Shown one piece after another: positions 58,553 to 64,000 of a DNA stretch of 64,000 nucleotides. The DNA is taken from the IMG/VR virus record IMGVR_UViG_3300032214_000715, positions 124,001-188,000 of that record; one strand, written 5' to 3'. The position numbers were made by a program, and so were the translations under genes. Numbering within the stretch: position 1 is the stretch's first letter; each line of letters begins with the position of its first letter. The notes beneath the pieces were generated by a model, which saw nothing but the letters and a program-made list of their open reading frames with translations, did not search any database and was not told where the DNA came from.

Positions 58553-58591
58553 ATTTAATTCCTAACTTAAATATTTATATCACGATCATCA

Positions 58592-60634
58592 TCAAACATA
58601 TGTGATGATTATAGTGGCCGCACCTTGAGTTGATCCACCATCATTAAAAGTACCAGTTACTGTTACATCTCCATCAACATTAACTCCTGGTGTGCCACCA
58701 ACTCCAAATTTAAGCCCAGTATCAGCGGTGTATATACCAACGGCATTTAAGTTGTTTAGATTTATCGCCATTAGTCCATTGATGGAAGTCACTGGAGTTT
58801 CTGAATTATTGATTAAGTAACCAAGCGCAAGTGTGGCCAATCCGTTAAATGGAACAGACACATTTACTGCTACCGATGCTATTCTGCGACCAGTTGTTAG
58901 TGTTCCAATATTAAATTCAAGCGGAGAATTATTGGTTAATGTGTAGGATAGTGTCTTGCTGTCTACACTTGCTGAACTTTGTCTAGCAATTAAGACCCAA
59001 TCAGATCCGTCCCACAACCAATTACTCCATTGATTTACATAATTATTATTTCCATCATTGCTGTCAATTACATAGGCTTGATCTCCTATTAATGGAGTAA
59101 GTGAGTCTCTGAAGGCCAAGTCAGTTACTACCATTGCGCCTGCTTGACGCACTCCGCCCTGTATATAAAGACCAGCGGCCTTTGTTCCATTTTCAACACT
59201 TACTAAACCAAAGTCTAGAGTGACACTTCCCTGTACATCTAAGAAATTAATTGCTCTGGCATCAATGGCAGTAAATTTGACAATATTCTGTGTAGATGCT
59301 GAAGTACTTAACGAGATACCAGATCCTGAGTTTGGTCCAGCAAAGGGAACACCATTGGTATCACTGTTAACATTACTAATAGTAATTATTCCGCCGCTGT
59401 CATTAATAATTTTCAATCCTGTTCCAGAGTTTATTACCTCGGCAGATATATTGGGTATGTTCGCATTGTTAATATCCTTTGCCATTTGCGTTGGTAGTGA
59501 GTAATCTTCGTATCCAGGAACAGATGATCTGCTAGAAAACGTCACCAATACTCCATTTATGCTGGCGCTGACCGGATTAGAGGCGGCGAATAGCGCAGGC
59601 TCACCATAGATTGTTGATATATTAGATGATATCGTTTGCGCCGATGATGGACTTAAACTTAGCTCCGCATTTACTCCAGTGTCTTCAGTCGCCGAGTTAA
59701 TAGCAGATACTAAATCCTCTGCGGACCCAGTTCCACCAACAGTGATATTTACTGAATTCAGAGAAATTATACTTCCAGAAGTTGTCGGGCCAGTAGAAGT
59801 CCCAGACACCTTAGATACGGTCTGATTTCTTAATTTAATGTAGATAGGAGACCCGGCTGAATCCAACGATAGTTCCCCTGGAACATCAGTTGAACTGTAT
59901 ATTTGATCGCCTACGTCACCTGGAAGAGAGTCTAGAAAATCAACTATCTTGTTGATGGGATTTATAGTAAACCATCCAGGGATAGCATCAGACACAGACG
60001 TTACTCGTCCAATTACAATTTTATAAAATTCATCGGCTAATACATATCTATGTGTTTCGTTATCTACGGCTATGACATCATTGATAGCAAACGTATTGTC
60101 TGCTTGATATAGTGCGTAATCGTACTGTAGATTATTGTACGTAAATCTACTAATTAAATTTTGAGTGAAGTTAGAAGAAATTCCTGATGGGGGAACTGGG
60201 TCTATTTGCGGTATTCCGTCTCCACTTAGATTAAAAATGACATATACACCGAGACTTAGACCACCATTTCCAACTTGAGAGGTATCTCTAAAGGTATTGT
60301 ATCTATAAATATCCTGAACAGTGGCAACTACGCTATTTGCTGATTTGGACTCTATGGATATTATTTGCCACGCTTGCCCAGTAGTGGCGTTGGCAATCCA
60401 CTGCCCTATAGTTACATCATATCCATTATACAATCCGGGATTTCTAGTCAGATAAGAGCTTTGATTTTGAGATGCCACTGACATCTCAATTTTCCAGCGA
60501 TATGCTTTTGCCGACGGCGCTGGAGAGCCCGTAGATGGGAAATTTAAAGGATTGTACCAGGGTAAAAACTCTGTGCCCAATACGCTAGTAACGTTAGCCT
60601 CTAATGTTTTTACGGGTTTATTTAAAAATGACAT
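58592..60634 (-). CDS. Virion structural protein (680 aa), possible fibre anchor
   Basis: Non-repetitive beta-rich ORF inside the late fibre cluster; GAGG RBS. Confidence 0.7.
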   Translation of the reverse strand: MSFLNKPVKTLEANVTSVLGTEFLPWYNPLNFPSTGSPAPSAKAYRWKIEMSVASQNQSSYLTRNPGLYNGYDVTIGQWIANATTGQAWQIISIESKSANSVVATVQDIYRYNTFRDTSQVGNGGLSLGVYVIFNLSGDGIPQIDPVPPSGISSNFTQNLISRFTYNNLQYDYALYQADNTFAINDVIAVDNETHRYVLADEFYKIVIGRVTSVSDAIPGWFTINPINKIVDFLDSLPGDVGDQIYSSTDVPGELSLDSAGSPIYIKLRNQTVSKVSGTSTGPTTSGSIISLNSVNITVGGTGSAEDLVSAINSATEDTGVNAELSLSPSSAQTISSNISTIYGEPALFAASNPVSASINGVLVTFSSRSSVPGYEDYSLPTQMAKDINNANIPNISAEVINSGTGLKIINDSGGIITISNVNSDTNGVPFAGPNSGSGISLSTSASTQNIVKFTAIDARAINFLDVQGSVTLDFGLVSVENGTKAAGLYIQGGVRQAGAMVVTDLAFRDSLTPLIGDQAYVIDSNDGNNNYVNQWSNWLWDGSDWVLIARQSSASVDSKTLSYTLTNNSPLEFNIGTLTTGRRIASVAVNVSVPFNGLATLALGYLINNSETPVTSINGLMAINLNNLNAVGIYTADTGLKFGVGGTPGVNVDGDVTVTGTFNDGGSTQGAATIIITYV

Positions 60635-60653
60635 TTATCTGCCCTCGGATGCG

Positions 60654-63600
60654 TTAGAATCCAAATACAACGACCAAATGCGCTCGTTGTCCTAAACCTG
60701 CGGATGCTCCAGCATCACTCATTCTAGTTTGTAGAGTTATTGTGCTATTAAATACACTAGAGGCAATATTAGAGACGAACGCCGGATTTGCTAAGTCAGT
60801 TCCTCCGTCCAAGCTGGCTTGACCTAAACTAGTAATATCTCTTACGGCAAATCTCTGTGCGCTACCGTTAGCGGCACAAATTTGTCCGTACACAGTTATT
60901 GACTTTGGAGGATTAGTTTTTCCTGTAAATGCGTAATTTACGATTGCGTTTGCTCCATCCGAAATAGTAGCTGATACTCCAGATGTTTGAGATACCTTTG
61001 AATCGGAGCCAGATAAATTTCCACCGCTTCCAGTGGTGTATTTAAATACTACTATTTCTGGAGAACTAGTTCCGCCACCTCCGCCACCTGAACTAGCAAT
61101 AGTAATAGTATTAGCGTCAGTTCTAGTAATCGTAACATTAGATCCAGCAGCTAAAGTAACATTATCGGTAGAAGAATCGCTACCTGTAAGTCTTAAATTA
61201 GCACCGCCTGTTACTGTTTCTGCACTAATACTATAGGTTGTTCCTGCGCCACCGCCACCTGAATATTGTGGAATGTTCAATGTGCCATTTGTAAACGTAG
61301 CAGCCCCGCTAGTTCCAGTTGTTGTTAGAGTAATTGGTGCTTGATAATCTGTTCCAGCGGAAGCAGCTACAAACCCACTTCCGTTTCCTTTTAATAGACC
61401 GTTTAGTGTAGTAGTTACCGCTAGTGTTCCAGATGCTGTTACTGGACTTCCGGTTACCGTAAATCCAGTTGGCATTGTCAGTCCTACACTTGTTACTGTT
61501 CCAGAACCACCTCCACTTCCACCAGAAGCAGCAATAGTAATTTCGTTAGCTGCGGATCCCGTACCTTTAGTTAAAGTAACATTAGTTCCAGCTACTAGCG
61601 TAACAGATGTAGTTCCAGTTCCACTTCCTCCGGCAGTTAATGTAATATTTTTCTTTGTAGCTTGTCCAGATACATCTGCTGCGCTTATGCTGTATGTAGT
61701 ATCTGTGTTTGCTACTACATCAGTAAGCTTTGCTATGGCATTCCAAGCTCCGCCCTGAGCAAAGTAGGGTCTTGTATCAGCATTACTAACTGCTAGAGCG
61801 CCTTGATAAGTAGTGGCATTAGGAAAAGCAGCTTGATTTGTAAAATAGAAAGGAATAACACTGCCCACCGCCGGAGCTGTAATTAGTCCAGTGTCGGAAA
61901 TTGTTACTAAGCTGTTTTGAATTAGCTTGCCTGTGTTGGAGTCAAATCTAGCAATAGCGTTGTCAGTAGCGGACGCTGGTCCAACTACATCTCCGCTTCC
62001 TCCTCCGCTAGAAACAGTTGCCCATTCTAGACCGCTAGCTGCGGAATTCACACGCAATACTTGAAGAGCAGTTCCTATACTTGTTAAACCTGTGCCGCCG
62101 GCGGTTGTTGGAACAGTAGACTGTGTAAATCCAAGTGTTACAGCACCATTAGTTGTGGAAGCAGTAACTCCACCGCCACCAGTTACACTTAGTACTCCAG
62201 TATTAGCAATAGCATTGTTAGTTATTGATATACCAGTGCCGGCGGTCAATGAATTGGGTCCACCAAACTGCGTGAATACAATGTTTGTAGTCCCGAGAGT
62301 TATTGTGCCCGAGGTAGTCATTACCCACTGAGTGGTGGCAAGTGTTCCTTCACCAACGAAAAATGCGTCTCCGGAATTAATATTTGATGAACTATTAAAA
62401 TCACTTACTCTAGTCAACACAAACGGATTTAACGTAGTAAGCTCATACATACCATTTTGCGTTTGTGTTGTCTGATTTTTAACTAATATACGATCACCTA
62501 GCGATAAAGTTACTCCATTTATTGACCCTAATGATCCAGATCCAGTTAACGTAGCTCCAGTTCCTGCTGTACCATTGTTGTATGTAGCAGTGATATTAGA
62601 TGCAGTAGCGGTACGAGCTGACTCTTTTACTACTAATCCAGACGCTAAATTGTCCACGTATTGTTTAGTTGCGGCGTGAAGAGCAGTTGTGGGATTGCCA
62701 CTAAGAGACAGCGCTCCAGTCATAGTACCGCCAGCAAGAGGAACAAATCCGACAGCACTGATAACGTCATTGTCAATAGTAATAGTTGTGCCGTCTACTT
62801 TTACTCCACCGCGGACCGTAGTAGACGCTGCTGGTAAAGTGTAACTACTACCCCCAGTAGAATCGGTGCCGTTTACCCAATTAGTACCATTATACTTTAG
62901 CACTTCTCCAGTGGTTGGAGTGGTAATAACTACGTCCGTTAGATCATCTAAATTAGTGGCGCCACCACCGCCACCACCACTCACAGCGCTTATTATTCCG
63001 TCTTCTATGGTAATTGTTGTTCCGTCTATCTTTACTAAACCCAAGACATTTACTGAAGCAGTGGGTATAGCTGCGTATTCTAGTGCGGTTCCAAGAGAGT
63101 TTACTTTTAGATAGCTGTTTGCTTCACCCTTAGAACTTAAACCAGTTCCGCCGTTATCGATGTCTAATGTTCCCGCTAGAGTAAATGTACCAGAGCTGGT
63201 TATAGGATTTTCAGAGGAAGAACTAACGGTTAGTCCAGTATTGCCAGTAGAAAAACCAATACTAGTTACAGTTCCAGTACCAGATGTGTTACCCCAGCTT
63301 AACTTGCCAGACCCGTCTGTAATCAACACTTGTCCAGTAGATCCGCCGCCTATGCTAAGTTTGTTTACATCGGTAAATGTGGCGCCCTGAGCTACTTCTA
63401 TGGAATCAACTGATAGTATCTTGGTATTGGGATTGAAGGAAAATGAGCTTACTCCGTCCAAATCACCGCCGTTGTTAAACTGAACTTGATAGTTAGAACC
63501 ACCGGGCTCATCGACATACACAAATTGCTGTACAGTGCTTTGATCTATTCCGGTAACGTATATATCTTTGTCCGTGTTTATAACACTAACGGCATCTGCG

Positions 63601-63830
63601 CCGGCAAACAATAGCGTATTGTTGGTGGCGTTGTTAAATGTTATTCTGCCATCAGTTAAAGAAGGTTGACGAGAAACTGATGTAATAGAACTTGAAGTAG
63701 TATTTCCAATAGCATCTACTTGTGTTATATTTGTTGCTATCGGTGGACCACTTAGGGCTGTTGATACAGTCTGCGCTACTACAGGATCGTCTCCTGAAAT
63801 TATCGTTGCTGAGGGTGTTTTGATTGCCAT
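60654..63830 (-). CDS. Mosaic fibre protein (1058 aa)
   Basis: LDDLTDV...LKYNG..W, HAATKQYVD...GDRILVKNQ, GTVTS and poly-Gly linkers; CTAAATA at 63877-63883. Confidence 0.8.
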   Translation of the reverse strand: MAIKTPSATIISGDDPVVAQTVSTALSGPPIATNITQVDAIGNTTSSSITSVSRQPSLTDGRITFNNATNNTLLFAGADAVSVINTDKDIYVTGIDQSTVQQFVYVDEPGGSNYQVQFNNGGDLDGVSSFSFNPNTKILSVDSIEVAQGATFTDVNKLSIGGGSTGQVLITDGSGKLSWGNTSGTGTVTSIGFSTGNTGLTVSSSSENPITSSGTFTLAGTLDIDNGGTGLSSKGEANSYLKVNSLGTALEYAAIPTASVNVLGLVKIDGTTITIEDGIISAVSGGGGGGATNLDDLTDVVITTPTTGEVLKYNGTNWVNGTDSTGGSSYTLPAASTTVRGGVKVDGTTITIDNDVISAVGFVPLAGGTMTGALSLSGNPTTALHAATKQYVDNLASGLVVKESARTATASNITATYNNGTAGTGATLTGSGSLGSINGVTLSLGDRILVKNQTTQTQNGMYELTTLNPFVLTRVSDFNSSSNINSGDAFFVGEGTLATTQWVMTTSGTITLGTTNIVFTQFGGPNSLTAGTGISITNNAIANTGVLSVTGGGGVTASTTNGAVTLGFTQSTVPTTAGGTGLTSIGTALQVLRVNSAASGLEWATVSSGGGSGDVVGPASATDNAIARFDSNTGKLIQNSLVTISDTGLITAPAVGSVIPFYFTNQAAFPNATTYQGALAVSNADTRPYFAQGGAWNAIAKLTDVVANTDTTYSISAADVSGQATKKNITLTAGGSGTGTTSVTLVAGTNVTLTKGTGSAANEITIAASGGSGGGSGTVTSVGLTMPTGFTVTGSPVTASGTLAVTTTLNGLLKGNGSGFVAASAGTDYQAPITLTTTGTSGAATFTNGTLNIPQYSGGGGAGTTYSISAETVTGGANLRLTGSDSSTDNVTLAAGSNVTITRTDANTITIASSGGGGGGTSSPEIVVFKYTTGSGGNLSGSDSKVSQTSGVSATISDGANAIVNYAFTGKTNPPKSITVYGQICAANGSAQRFAVRDITSLGQASLDGGTDLANPAFVSNIASSVFNSTITLQTRMSDAGASAGLGQRAHLVVVFGF

Positions 63831-63926
63831 TATAATTTCCTTTTAACCGCCTTTGTGCGAATTAATCTTTATAATGTATTTAGCACACCGTGTGTTTTTA
63901 ATTCTATGAATATTGTAAAAGAAATA

Positions 63927-63952
63927 AAAAAGACCGCACGTGCGGTCTTTTT
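63927..63952. terminator. Intrinsic terminator (perfect 26-bp palindrome)
   Basis: AAAAAGACCGCACGTGCGGTCTTTTT. Confidence 0.85.
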
Positions 63953-64000
63953 AGAGCGAGTCTATAGCTCAATCAAGCACTGGCGGTCTCAATCAATTGA

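Noticed and set aside
15150-63390. Many plus-strand ORFs rich in Val/Pro/Leu opposite the fibre genes
   Set aside because: They are antisense shadows of Gly/Thr/Ser-rich coding frames; no RBS or promoter support.
14753-63830. Diversity-generating retroelement or invertase shufflon acting on the fibre genes
   Set aside because: Despite Mtd_N-like domains, I saw no reverse transcriptase, no TR/VR pair with adenine-specific mismatches, no recombinase and no inverted cassettes in this window.
1-64000. Stop-codon reassignment as in some large phages
   Set aside because: Coding density is high under the standard code, ORFs exceed 2000 aa, and TAA, TAG and TGA all end genes.

Overview
This window is part of a large, AT-rich dsDNA myophage genome (T4-superfamily-like or jumbo phage). 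The spanin pair and sigma70-consensus promoters point to a diderm (Gram-negative) host. Bases 1-14.7 kb hold two T4 gp14/gp15-like neck genes on the + strand, nucleotide-metabolism genes (MazG-like NTP-PPase, Nudix, thyA, DHFR), a free-standing GIY-YIG homing endonuclease, an Rz/Rz1 spanin pair, and an early region. In the early region, a MoxR-like AAA ATPase, a vWA-metallopeptidase and several small genes each have their own TTGACA-N17-TAnnnT promoter. Bases 14.75-63.8 kb are an unbroken ~49 kb minus-strand cluster of 17 fibre/adhesin genes. They are built from shared modules: xxGGTG shaft repeats, LGGVK repeats, a 40-aa AKSGxNSDITSL repeat, about 19 LamG-like domains, PKD domains and Gly-rich domains. 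Most have a T4-like late promoter (ATAAATA). The most notable pattern is an apparent plug-and-socket grammar: genes ending in a (L/I)DGGx(F/Y)-type peptide are followed by genes starting with an Mtd_N-like domain. Two paralogues carry both ends, and one of them has high-expression codon usage, which suggests chained or polymerising virion fibres. No tRNA, rRNA, CRISPR array or reverse transcriptase was seen. All protein family assignments are motif recognition by eye, not database results.
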